Part shown: one piece after another, positions 29,593-38,749 of the stretch
Numbering within the stretch: the first letter of the stretch is position 1
Layout of the letters: the number at the start of each line of letters is the position of its first letter
NCBI GenBank assembly: GCA_051011115.1
Contig: JBPCUN010000019.1
Coordinates: 2,843 to 66,842, forward strand
Direction of reading: 5' to 3'
DNA length: 64,000 nucleotides
Source: Weeksellaceae bacterium
Lineage (GTDB): Bacteria; Bacteroidota; Bacteroidia; Flavobacteriales; Weeksellaceae
Notes under the pieces: model-generated
What the model was told of the DNA's origin: nothing
Database searches by the model: none
What the model saw: only the letters and a program-made list of their open reading frames with translations
Program-made: the position numbers and the translations under genes

Positions 29593-30365
29593 AAGTCCTC
29601 AAAAGCACCAATACCAAACAAGGCAAAATCATAACGTATAGGATCATCTGGATTGAATCTCCTCAATTGGGTATCTATTTCTTCTACCGCTTTCCAATCG
29701 TTTTGTTTGCGATGAAGGAGGTTTAACTTTCTTGCCATATTTCCCGTGTGTACGTCTAGTGGTAGACTCAATTTAGACATCGGGATTTGGTTCCATATTC
29801 CAAAGTCAACACCTTGTTTATCCTTTCGTACCATCCAACGTAAAAACATATTTAATCTCTTGGCTGCAGAATTTTTAGCAGGAGAAGATACATGTTTATT
29901 GGTTCGCACATCTTGATGATTCAAAAAAGCATTTCTAAAACGTTCAATAGCCATTTTAGGATTTTTTTCATCCTCTTTAATCTCAAAATAATGTGCTAGA
30001 GAATCATGCTCCTGATAAAGACGCTGTAGATTGTGAATGAAAAATTTAAAATCAGTTTCGTTAAAAGTTCTATGTTTAAAACCATTTAAGTTTTCTAAAT
30101 CTTTGCCCGTGCTGTTTAATACAAAATCATAGGGTGCATGATCTAACCTCGCCATCATATCATTGGCGTTTTTAATAATAGATTTTCTATTCCCCCACGC
30201 AATGGTAGCGGCCAACAAACCTGCAATTTCTATGTCTTGTCGTATAGAAAATTGATGTGGAATCTGAATCGGATCATGTTCTATAAAGAAAGTTTGATTG
30301 TACTTCATCGCTTTTTCTTCTAGATATGCATGGATTTCTTCTAAATTCATTCGGGTATTATCCAA
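29589..30365 (-). CDS. TIGR02757/DUF2400 family protein
   Basis: DPIQIPH, AWGNRK, SAAKRLNMFLRWMVR, PLDVHT, DPIRYDFALFG. Confidence 0.85.
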   Translation of the reverse strand: MDNTRMNLEEIHAYLEEKAMKYNQTFFIEHDPIQIPHQFSIRQDIEIAGLLAATIAWGNRKSIIKNANDMMARLDHAPYDFVLNSTGKDLENLNGFKHRTFNETDFKFFIHNLQRLYQEHDSLAHYFEIKEDEKNPKMAIERFRNAFLNHQDVRTNKHVSSPAKNSAAKRLNMFLRWMVRKDKQGVDFGIWNQIPMSKLSLPLDVHTGNMARKLNLLHRKQNDWKAVEEIDTQLRRFNPDDPIRYDFALFGIGAFEDF

Positions 30366-31593
30366 TTTTCATAGCTTTTGATGGAGAAATTCTTTGAATC
30401 AATAAACTTGGGAACCATAAGGCTATAGCACTGATGATGAGACTTCCTAAATTTACATATAAAATCATTTCCCATGTCAGATATACAGGAGCTTCTTTAA
30501 TAAAGTAATTCTCTGGTGGTAATTGAATAATGCCGTAATATTTTTGGATTAATAAGAGCCCAATAGCTATTACATTTCCTGCAATCATACCGGGTAACAT
30601 AATAAAAAGTGCATAATTTATAAAGACCTGACGCACTTGTATATTGGTAGCTCCTAAAGTCTTCAAAACCCCTATGGAATGAGTTCTTTCTAAAATCAGA
30701 ATCAATAAAATCATCACCATATTTATAATTACGACAATCAACATTATAAAGAGAATAATAAAAATATTGGTATCAAAAATATTAATCCATTCTTCTATAT
30801 CTCTAAATAAATCCATGGCCGATTCTGCTAACAAATTATAGCCAATCACCTCATTCACTTCATGCTTCACCTCATCTAAATTAGATTCTACATCATGTGC
30901 AAATAACTCAAATCCTCCTACTTCATTATTACTCCAGTGATTAATTTTCTGTACCTGTTTAATGTCTCCAATGATATATACATTGTCAAATTCTGCAATA
31001 TCTGTCGTGTAAATCCCTGCTACTTTAAACTTACGATATATAGGTTTGGCTTGAATTTGTTTTTCATTGACAAAGACCATTACAAAAGTGCTGTCTATAT
31101 CTAAATAAAAATTATTTGCTATTTTTTGAGAAACTATAACTTCTTCGCTTACTTGCTTGTTATAAGATGGAATTTGTCCTTTTTGAATAAATTTTTGAAA
31201 CCTTTTTTTATCAAAATTTTGATCTACCCCTTTTAAAACGACTCCGTCAAAAGCATCCGCCGTACGAATGATTCCATTCTTAGTGGCTATGGCTTGTATA
31301 TGTTCTATTTCATCTAATGGAAACTGAGGATAATAACTTTTAGGCAAACTTATAGAATCCGAATTGTAGGATAAATTAGAATTATAGGGCCGAATCGTGA
31401 TATGACCATTAAAGTCTGCTAACTTCTGTTTAATCTCCTTTCTGGCACCAATCCCTGTAGATAAAGTCACCAATGCTACAATAATTCCAATGGCTACTGC
31501 AAATTGACCAATGCGAATAATGGTTCTAGATAGATGATTACTAGACGTTTTACCGAGACCTATTTTTTTAGCAAAATACCAACTGAAGTTCAA
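30358..31593 (-). CDS. LolC/E-FtsX family ABC permease (lipoprotein release)
   Basis: N-terminal TM, large periplasmic domain, LILERTHSIGVLKTLGA, three C-terminal TMs, PENYFI..AP. TTG at 31593 preferred as start. Confidence 0.82.
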   Translation of the reverse strand: MNFSWYFAKKIGLGKTSSNHLSRTIIRIGQFAVAIGIIVALVTLSTGIGARKEIKQKLADFNGHITIRPYNSNLSYNSDSISLPKSYYPQFPLDEIEHIQAIATKNGIIRTADAFDGVVLKGVDQNFDKKRFQKFIQKGQIPSYNKQVSEEVIVSQKIANNFYLDIDSTFVMVFVNEKQIQAKPIYRKFKVAGIYTTDIAEFDNVYIIGDIKQVQKINHWSNNEVGGFELFAHDVESNLDEVKHEVNEVIGYNLLAESAMDLFRDIEEWINIFDTNIFIILFIMLIVVIINMVMILLILILERTHSIGVLKTLGATNIQVRQVFINYALFIMLPGMIAGNVIAIGLLLIQKYYGIIQLPPENYFIKEAPVYLTWEMILYVNLGSLIISAIALWFPSLLIQRISPSKAMKIG

Positions 31594-31645
31594 TAGATTA
31601 ATTTTAGTACAATTCTTGTATTTTTGATTTTTAAATCTATCATAC

Positions 31646-32920
31646 ATGATTCAAAATTCATTCAAATATACGTTTTTAGTTGTTTTATACACTTTTTTCT
31701 CTTCATGTCAAGCGCAACAACCTAGAGAAAAATCTACAAGTCCCAATAAAATAGAAATTGATGGAACTGTCTATAATCAGCAAGATATAAACAGTGAAGA
31801 CACCCATATAGCAAAAGAAATTATTTTAGGAGCTGAACAATCTGAGCTTTACTTACCTCAACTAAAGGACAAAAATGTTGGAGTAATCACTAATCAAACG
31901 GGGATAATTCCAGCTAACCACAGCCAGCACCTTGTGGATTATTTATTAGACCAAAAGATAAAAGTAAAGAGAATTTTTGCTCCAGAACATGGTTTCAGAG
32001 GAGAGGCTGATGCCGGTGAAACTGTAAAAGACGGGATAGACACTCAAACAGGTTTGCCCATTATTTCACTTTACGGGAAGAATAAAAAACCTTATGACAG
32101 CCAAATATCAGACTTAGATGTTTTGGTATTTGACATACAAGATGTAGGAGTTCGATTTTATACTTACATTTCTACCCTACATTATGTGATGGAAGCAGCT
32201 GCAGAAAACAACATCCCTGTAATTGTGCTAGACAGACCCAATCCCAATGCGCATTATATTGATGGCCCTATCTTAGAAGCATCACAAAAAACTTTTGTAG
32301 GGATGCATCCTGTGCCTATCGTATATGGTATGACGATAGGGGAATATGCTCAAATGATTAATGGAGAAAAATGGCTCAAGAATAGAGTAACCTGTGATTT
32401 AACGATAGTTCCTTTAAAGAACTACACCCATGATACAGTTTATGATTTACCTGTAAAACCATCTCCTAATTTACCCAACGCACAAAGCATCAACCTATAC
32501 CCGAGCCTTTGTTTTTTTGAGGGAACTAATGTGAGTGAAGGTCGAGGAACTGAAATGCAGTTTCAAATTTATGGTTCTCCATACTTGAAAGATATGGCTT
32601 TTAAATTCACTCCAAAACCTAATAAAGGTGCTAAGAACCCACAGCATAATGGGAAATTGTGTTATGGTGAAGATTTAAGAAATTACCCTAGATTATCGGA
32701 AATCAAATTGAATTGGTTGATCAAAGCTTATAAAAATAATACCCAACAGCCATTCTTTACTAAAAATGCGGGAGCATTTTGGCTTGATAAATTAGCAGGT
32801 ACAGATGACTTAAGAAAACAAATAGAAAATGGTTGGTCTGAAGAAAAAATAAAAGCCACCTGGAAAGATGGCTTAGAAAAATTTAAAAATATAAGAGGCA
32901 AATATTTACTTTACCCGTAA
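31646..32920 (+). CDS. DUF1343 / exo-beta-N-acetylmuramidase NamZ-like lipoprotein
   Basis: Lipobox FSSC, FAPEHGFRG, DIQDVGVRFYTY, LDRPNP, PSPNLP. Confidence 0.85.
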   Translation: MIQNSFKYTFLVVLYTFFSSCQAQQPREKSTSPNKIEIDGTVYNQQDINSEDTHIAKEIILGAEQSELYLPQLKDKNVGVITNQTGIIPANHSQHLVDYLLDQKIKVKRIFAPEHGFRGEADAGETVKDGIDTQTGLPIISLYGKNKKPYDSQISDLDVLVFDIQDVGVRFYTYISTLHYVMEAAAENNIPVIVLDRPNPNAHYIDGPILEASQKTFVGMHPVPIVYGMTIGEYAQMINGEKWLKNRVTCDLTIVPLKNYTHDTVYDLPVKPSPNLPNAQSINLYPSLCFFEGTNVSEGRGTEMQFQIYGSPYLKDMAFKFTPKPNKGAKNPQHNGKLCYGEDLRNYPRLSEIKLNWLIKAYKNNTQQPFFTKNAGAFWLDKLAGTDDLRKQIENGWSEEKIKATWKDGLEKFKNIRGKYLLYP

Positions 32921-32924
32921 ATAT

Positions 32925-34112
32925 TTATCCATTGTTGATAGCTTCTTTAATGCGTTTGAAAGCTTCTATTAACTTTTCTTCTGAGGCTGCGTAAGAGATA
33001 CGGATACAGTTAGGCGAACCAAATGATTCCCCAGAAACCGTTGCAACATGTGCGTGTTCTAATAAATACATAGATAAGTCTGTTGCATTTTTAATATCTA
33101 TACCATTCAATGTTTTACCAAATAAATCAGAAACATCTGGGAAAATATAAAATGCTCCTTTTGGCTGATGTACTGTAAATCCATCAATTTCTTGAATCAT
33201 TTTCATCACCATATCTCTACGCTTTTTAAAAGCGTCCACCATAAATTGAATTTCACTAGGGTCTGCTTTTAAAGCTGTAATCGCCGCTCTTTGTGCTATA
33301 GCATTTGCTCCAGAAGTTACCTGACCTTGCAATGTAGCACATCCTTTGGCTATCATTTCATTAGCACCAATATAGCCAATTCTCCACCCAGTCATAGCAA
33401 AGGCTTTAGAAAGACCATTGACCGTAACAACTTGGTTATAAATTTCTGGAAATGATGCTAAACTTGTATTTTTACCCTCATATATGATATGCTCATAAAT
33501 CTCATCAGAAATCACTACTAAATCTGGATGTTTCTTAATTACCTCTACCAATGCAGCCAATTCTTCTTTAGAATACACACTCCCACTCGGGTTACATGGG
33601 GAACTATAAAGTAGAACCTTGGTTCTATCTGTAATAGCATTCTCCAATTGCTCTGGAGTCATTTTAAAATCTTGCTCGATGCCTGTTTTAATCTCTACGA
33701 CTTTTCCTTTGGCAAGTGTAACGATATCGGCATAACTCACCCAATAAGGGGTAGGTAAAATCACCTCATCTCCTTTATCTACTAAGGATTGCATCACATT
33801 ATATATGGACTGCTTGGCTCCTGTAGATACGACTATTTGATTTATACCATAATCTAAACCATTATCTCTTTTGAACTTCTCTGCGATGGCTTCTCTTAAT
33901 TCTGGATAACCAGGTACTGGTGTATAATGATTATAATTTTCCTGAATAGCCTGAATAGCTGCTTCCTTAATGAATTCAGGGGTTTCAAAATCTGGTTCAC
34001 CTAGACTCAAACTTATAATGTCTTTACCTTGTGCTTTTAATTCTCTAGCTTTAGAGGACATCACAATAGTGGCAGATGGTTTTAGATTCTGTAGTCGGTT
34101 ACAAAGTTCCAT
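32925..34112 (-). CDS. Class I PLP-dependent aminotransferase (aspartate aminotransferase-like)
   Basis: LGEPDF, PCNPSG, SDEIY, SKAFAMTGWRIGY, RISYA. Confidence 0.9.
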   Translation of the reverse strand: MELCNRLQNLKPSATIVMSSKARELKAQGKDIISLSLGEPDFETPEFIKEAAIQAIQENYNHYTPVPGYPELREAIAEKFKRDNGLDYGINQIVVSTGAKQSIYNVMQSLVDKGDEVILPTPYWVSYADIVTLAKGKVVEIKTGIEQDFKMTPEQLENAITDRTKVLLYSSPCNPSGSVYSKEELAALVEVIKKHPDLVVISDEIYEHIIYEGKNTSLASFPEIYNQVVTVNGLSKAFAMTGWRIGYIGANEMIAKGCATLQGQVTSGANAIAQRAAITALKADPSEIQFMVDAFKKRRDMVMKMIQEIDGFTVHQPKGAFYIFPDVSDLFGKTLNGIDIKNATDLSMYLLEHAHVATVSGESFGSPNCIRISYAASEEKLIEAFKRIKEAINNG

Positions 34113-34192
34113 GTAGTATGTATATTTAAAAATTTAATGAGGTTTTTGACCTTGATAAAGGAAAGGTATCAAAATTAAATTATTATTACACT

Positions 34193-34666
34193 TTATTTAA
34201 CTAAAATACCATCTGCGATAAAATGATATTCTGATTTCGGAGATGTAATCGAGGCTATTTCTTCCTCAGAATCTCCCGCATCTGCTGCATAATGTTTTTG
34301 ATCTTCAACAGAAACTTCTTTTATAAAAGCTTTACCTTCAACGATGGCCTCTTTTCCTTTAGAATCTTTGGGGATAGAAAAATCATGATTCTTATAGTTG
34401 ACCATACTTTCTGTATCTGATTCCAAATCTAACTTCACCCAGCAGCCTTCCATTTGGCACACCTCTTTTATATTGGATTTGAACTTTATAGCAACAGTAT
34501 CACCAGGCTTCATAGTACTATAATGTTGCATCATTTCCTCTTGTGATATTACATTTTCTGTATTAATTTCATTTCCATAAGAAATATAATCTCCTACTTT
34601 TTTTCCTTCCTTTTGGTTACAAGAAAACAGCATAAAAGAGCTTATTACCAGTGTTAAGTATTTCAT
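34193..34666 (-). CDS. DUF4920 family lipoprotein
   Basis: Lipobox LFSC; EVCQMEGCW, HDFSIPKD, KHYAADAG. Confidence 0.75.
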   Translation of the reverse strand: MKYLTLVISSFMLFSCNQKEGKKVGDYISYGNEINTENVISQEEMMQHYSTMKPGDTVAIKFKSNIKEVCQMEGCWVKLDLESDTESMVNYKNHDFSIPKDSKGKEAIVEGKAFIKEVSVEDQKHYAADAGDSEEEIASITSPKSEYHFIADGILVK

Positions 34667-34691
34667 AATTATCGTATTTGGATTTATTTAA

Positions 34692-35234
34692 TTATTCTAA
34701 GTCTATTCCTTGGGTTGTGAATGATATACCTTGTTGCCCACTAGCAGATATCATAATAGCCTCAAACAAAGGTTTGATTTTTTTTGATTTGGTGGCCCAA
34801 TGAAAAACAAAATTCCCTCCTGAACCTCCTTGTTCATGATCTTCTTCTACCACAATTTCCACCGTTTCCATAGGTGCTAAATAAATAGAATTGTCAAAAT
34901 AGGTATTGATTAAATCTCCTTGTGTGTTATAATATTCAGATTTATTAATATAAACTGAATCATTAAGGCTAGTATTCCTAATGCTCACAGTTATGGTTAA
35001 TGGATAGGTTCTTGATTCTTTTCTTGCATAAATTTCGGAATATACAGCCAAATAAGTATTTCCAAAATATAAATTACTTTTTTGGTCCAAGTGGATCTGT
35101 CTCTTTTCCCAATCATTGTGAGTTTTCCTATCAATCAATTGTTGCTTTTTTGATGTAGAATTTTCTTGTTCAAAAGCTTGGCAACCTAATAAGATACAAA
35201 AGATAACAAATCCAAAAAATATCAACTTTCTCAT
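34692..35234 (-). CDS. DUF3124 family lipoprotein
   Basis: Lipobox LLGC; YLAVYSEIY, TVSIRNT, YYNTQG, GGSGGNF, QQGISF. Confidence 0.78.
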   Translation of the reverse strand: MRKLIFFGFVIFCILLGCQAFEQENSTSKKQQLIDRKTHNDWEKRQIHLDQKSNLYFGNTYLAVYSEIYARKESRTYPLTITVSIRNTSLNDSVYINKSEYYNTQGDLINTYFDNSIYLAPMETVEIVVEEDHEQGGSGGNFVFHWATKSKKIKPLFEAIMISASGQQGISFTTQGIDLE

Positions 35235-35299
35235 AAATTGATTTATCAAAGTAGAAATATACAAAATATTTGCTGTGTTCCCCTATTTTAAACCAAATT

Positions 35300-35329
35300 A
35301 TTTAGATTAATTAAAAATTAGTATATTTG
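35300..35329 (+). promoter_or_regulatory. Putative Fur-type box beside the feoAB promoter
   Basis: ATTTAGATTAATTAAAAAT (35300-35318) matches 15/19 of the flavobacterial-type palindrome ATTTAGAATTATTCTAAAT (consensus recalled from memory); followed by -7 element TATATTTG (35322-35329). Confidence 0.55.
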
Positions 35330-35349
35330 TTCGGAATAAATAGAAGCAA

Positions 35350-35583
35350 GTGGCAAGTTTAGCAGATTTACAAAAAGGCGATAAAGCTAAAATCCTAGGT
35401 TTTAGCACAGAGGACATTCCCGCAAAGTTCTTAGAACTCGGATTGGTACCAGGAGAAGATGTTGAGTATAAATGTTCTGCTCCATTCAACGGGCCCATAT
35501 GTATTTCTTTGTGTAAATCAAAGTGTGTTTTAGCATTGCGTAAATCAGAAGCAAGCGAAGTCCTTGTGAAGAAAGAAAGATAA
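35350..35583 (+). CDS. feoA: Ferrous iron transport protein A
   Basis: LELGLVPG, APFNGP, LALRKSEA; GTG start; directly upstream of feoB. Confidence 0.9.
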   Translation: MASLADLQKGDKAKILGFSTEDIPAKFLELGLVPGEDVEYKCSAPFNGPICISLCKSKCVLALRKSEASEVLVKKER

Positions 35584-37670
35584 TGTCTATTAAAGTTGCA
35601 CTTATTGGGAATCCCAATGTTGGGAAGTCTACGTTATTCAATCGATTAACAGGATTAAAACAAAGAATTGGTAACTACCCAGGCACTACGGTAGATAAGA
35701 GAGTTGGTAAATTCACGATAGAGGATCAAGAAATTCTTTTATATGATTTTCCTGGCACTTACTCATTATATCCTAAATCTGTAGATGAAGAGGTTGTTTT
35801 TGACATTCTAAGTAACCCAAGTCATCCCGATTTTCCTGATAAGGTATATGTTATTGGCCATCCTCTTAGGCTTAAAAGAAGTCTTTTATTATTCAGACAA
35901 GTACAAGATCTAGGTATTCCTGTCATGTTTATTTTAAACATGGTGGACGAGGCAGAAAGGGAAGGAAAGGAAATTCATTTAAAATATTTAGAAAATTATA
36001 CAGCCACACCGGTTATTTATACCAATGCTCGTACAGGACTAGGGGTAGATGAATTAAAAAAATCAATATTAACTGAATTTGCAGTAAAGCCATTCAAATT
36101 TCAGATTCCTGTCATTTATGTCAAGGGTATTAAAGAGGTGCAAGAAATATTAGGCGTGCAAGAGGAGTATTTAGCTTATCAATATGCTGCACAACCCAAG
36201 ATTTTGCATTTATCTGGAGAAGATAATCAGAAGTTAAAATCAATACGCAAAAAGCATAGTATGGTTCCTGCACGGTTACAGGTAGCAGAAACCATACAAC
36301 GTTATAATGAGATAGAAGATGCTATCAGCAAAGTAATAATCTCCAAAACTGAAGATAAAAGATCTCTTACAGATAGACTTGATAATATATTAACACATCA
36401 TATTTTTGGTTATTTAATTTTTTTTGGAATTCTATTTTTAGCTTTTCAAGCGATTTATACTTGGGCAGAAGCACCCATGGATTTCATTGATAGCACCTTT
36501 GCATTTTTACAAAATCAAGCACAACACTTATTGGGAGAGGGACCTTTATCCAGCCTCATCGCAGACGGTATTATTCCCGGTATTGGTGGTGTTGTGATAT
36601 TTGTTCCACAAATCACTATCTTAATCTTCTTCCTTTTGTTGCTTGAAGAAACAGGTTATATGAGCCGGGTAGTGTTTTTAATGGATAAATGGATGCGCCC
36701 CTTTGGACTAAACGGAAAATCTGTAGTTCCCTTAATGTCTGGTGCAGCGTGTGCTATCCCTGGTATTATGGCCGCTAGAAACATAGAAAACACGAAAGAA
36801 AGATTAATCACCGTTTTGGTGACCCCTTTTATGACCTGTTCTGCCAGGTTACCCGTATATGCCATCTTAATCGCATTGGTGATTCCGTCCAAGAAATTTT
36901 ATGGAATAGATTTACAGGGGCTCGTATTAATGTTATTATACCTGTTAGGTGTACTTGCTGCTTTGGTCTTTGCATACATATTCAAGAAGTTTTTAAAATC
37001 TCATTATAAGAGTTATCTAATCATGGAAATGCCAGACTACCATATGCCCCACTGGCGTAATCTTTTTATGGGTTTATGGGAAAAGGTTTCTGCCTTTATT
37101 TTTGGTGCAGGTAAAATCATTTTAGCCGTTTCTATTATTATATGGGTTCTAAGTTCTTGGGGCCCTACAGATAACTTTAAAAATGCAGAAGAAATTATAT
37201 CTACCCAAGCTGTAGAAAACAATTGGAATGAAAAAGAAATAGCTAATCATTTAGAGTCGCAGAAGTTAGAATATTCTGTTTTAGGTCATATTGGTAAAGC
37301 AGTTGAACCCATCTTTCGTCCTATTGGATATGACTGGAAGATAAGCATAGGGGTTTTATCTTCTTTTGCGGCTAGAGAAGTCTTTGTAGGAACCATGGCA
37401 ACTATCTATAGCATAGGTTCTAATAACGAAGAAGAAACACAAGTTGTACAGCGCATGCGAGACGAAATAAATCCTGACGGCACAAGAGTATATAGTTTGG
37501 CGACTGGGGTATCACTGCTGTTATTTTATGCTTTTGCCATGCAATGTATGAGTACACTTGCCATTGTGAAAAAAGAAACTGGAACATGGAAATGGCCTAT
37601 GGTTCAGTTGATATTTATGAGTGGTTTAGCCTATATCACGGCATTTATTGCCTATCAACTTTTAAAATAA
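35583..37670 (+). CDS. feoB: Ferrous iron transport protein B
   Basis: GNPNVGKS, GNYPGTTVD, DFPGTYSL, NMVD GTPase motifs; CSARLPVY and AAREVFVG in the membrane domain. Confidence 0.96.
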   Translation: MSIKVALIGNPNVGKSTLFNRLTGLKQRIGNYPGTTVDKRVGKFTIEDQEILLYDFPGTYSLYPKSVDEEVVFDILSNPSHPDFPDKVYVIGHPLRLKRSLLLFRQVQDLGIPVMFILNMVDEAEREGKEIHLKYLENYTATPVIYTNARTGLGVDELKKSILTEFAVKPFKFQIPVIYVKGIKEVQEILGVQEEYLAYQYAAQPKILHLSGEDNQKLKSIRKKHSMVPARLQVAETIQRYNEIEDAISKVIISKTEDKRSLTDRLDNILTHHIFGYLIFFGILFLAFQAIYTWAEAPMDFIDSTFAFLQNQAQHLLGEGPLSSLIADGIIPGIGGVVIFVPQITILIFFLLLLEETGYMSRVVFLMDKWMRPFGLNGKSVVPLMSGAACAIPGIMAARNIENTKERLITVLVTPFMTCSARLPVYAILIALVIPSKKFYGIDLQGLVLMLLYLLGVLAALVFAYIFKKFLKSHYKSYLIMEMPDYHMPHWRNLFMGLWEKVSAFIFGAGKIILAVSIIIWVLSSWGPTDNFKNAEEIISTQAVENNWNEKEIANHLESQKLEYSVLGHIGKAVEPIFRPIGYDWKISIGVLSSFAAREVFVGTMATIYSIGSNNEEETQVVQRMRDEINPDGTRVYSLATGVSLLLFYAFAMQCMSTLAIVKKETGTWKWPMVQLIFMSGLAYITAFIAYQLLK

Positions 37671-37676
37671 GATTTT

Positions 37677-37850
37677 ATGAATTGGGAATATATTATAATC
37701 GGCATAATCTTTATCATTGCTGTCTTATATATGGTATCTAAGTTTTATAACCCTTTCACTAAAAAGGATGATATAGGGTGTAGCAAAGGTTGTGGATGTG
37801 GGGCCTCTAGTATAGAGGACATTAAGAAGGAAACAAATCAAAGTCACTAA
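37677..37850 (+). CDS. FeoB-associated Cys-rich small membrane protein (57 aa, absent from the ORF track)
   Basis: ATG 6 nt after the feoB stop; MNWEYIIIGIIFIIAVLYMVSKFYNPFTKKDDIGCSKGCGCGASSIEDIKKETNQSH, one TM helix plus CxxGCGC. Confidence 0.8.
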   Translation: MNWEYIIIGIIFIIAVLYMVSKFYNPFTKKDDIGCSKGCGCGASSIEDIKKETNQSH

Positions 37851-37901
37851 AGCTCCTATCTAGATTTAAAACCTCAATTGTTAGGATTTTTCTTATTTAA
37901 T

Positions 37902-38381
37902 TTAATCATAGAAGAAAAGTCCATGACTTCCTGCCACAGCACCCATAATTGTAATTATACTTAGAATTAATAAAACCCAATGTAACCGATGTATGATATT
38001 AAAGGTCTTGTTAGGATTTTTCTCTGCATACCTTTTAAATAATTTATGCAAAACAAGTGGTTCTAAAACATACAATATCAATGTGAATATAAGCCAGACA
38101 ATAGTCATCGCATGCAACCACCAATATTTAGGATCTAGATATCGATCCCAAGCATCTAGCACATAGAGCATATAAAAACCTGAAAGTGCGGTAAGCAGGG
38201 TTGTTATTTTAGCTTGTATGGCAAAACGTCCTTCTATATTTTCAAAAGTGTTGATTTTATCCTCTTTGGTCTTCATCTTTTTGACGGCAGGTATAATGAC
38301 CGTCGTCACCATAGCAACTCCACCTATCCATAGGACAATGGCTACGATGTGAACAACTCTGGCTATAGTGTAACTTTCCAT
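37902..38381 (-). CDS. Four-TM His-rich hypothetical membrane protein (CopD/HemJ-like pattern)
   Basis: HIVAIVLWIGG N-terminal helix, WWLHAM, HRLHW, GSHG. Confidence 0.6.
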   Translation of the reverse strand: MESYTIARVVHIVAIVLWIGGVAMVTTVIIPAVKKMKTKEDKINTFENIEGRFAIQAKITTLLTALSGFYMLYVLDAWDRYLDPKYWWLHAMTIVWLIFTLILYVLEPLVLHKLFKRYAEKNPNKTFNIIHRLHWVLLILSIITIMGAVAGSHGLFFYD

Positions 38382-38723
38382 GCCATAAAGTTATAGCTTA
38401 ATGCTAGATTAATTCAATTTTTGAGTACTGAAATAAGAATTTTAGATATTACTTATGGGAATTTATAATATTCCTTCTGGCTATACATTAATAACTAAAT
38501 TGAAAATTGTATTTTATATCATCTACTAAAAATAACTTGATTTTTTCGACTAAATGATAACTATTGGATATAGATTTTAGCTCTAATTATGTTCATATTT
38601 AATCATTTTACATCTCAATAAAAATCGTATAGCAGATTAAATATCTTGTAGTATTATATTCATGATAAATGTCATGTTATAATTGTTTGATAAACTTGAA
38701 GTATAATTGTTTATTTGTTAACT

Positions 38724-38742
38724 ATTTTTAATTAGTCTAAAT
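38724..38742 (+). promoter_or_regulatory. Putative Fur-type box upstream of the TonB-dependent receptor
   Basis: ATTTTTAATTAGTCTAAAT matches 16/19 of ATTTAGAATTATTCTAAAT and ends 7 nt before the ATG. Confidence 0.6.
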
Positions 38743-38749
38743 ATAATTT

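Noticed and set aside
37544-37741. 65-aa ORF overlapping the feoB 3' end
   Set aside because: An out-of-frame overlap with no recognisable features; the credible small gene is 37677-37850.
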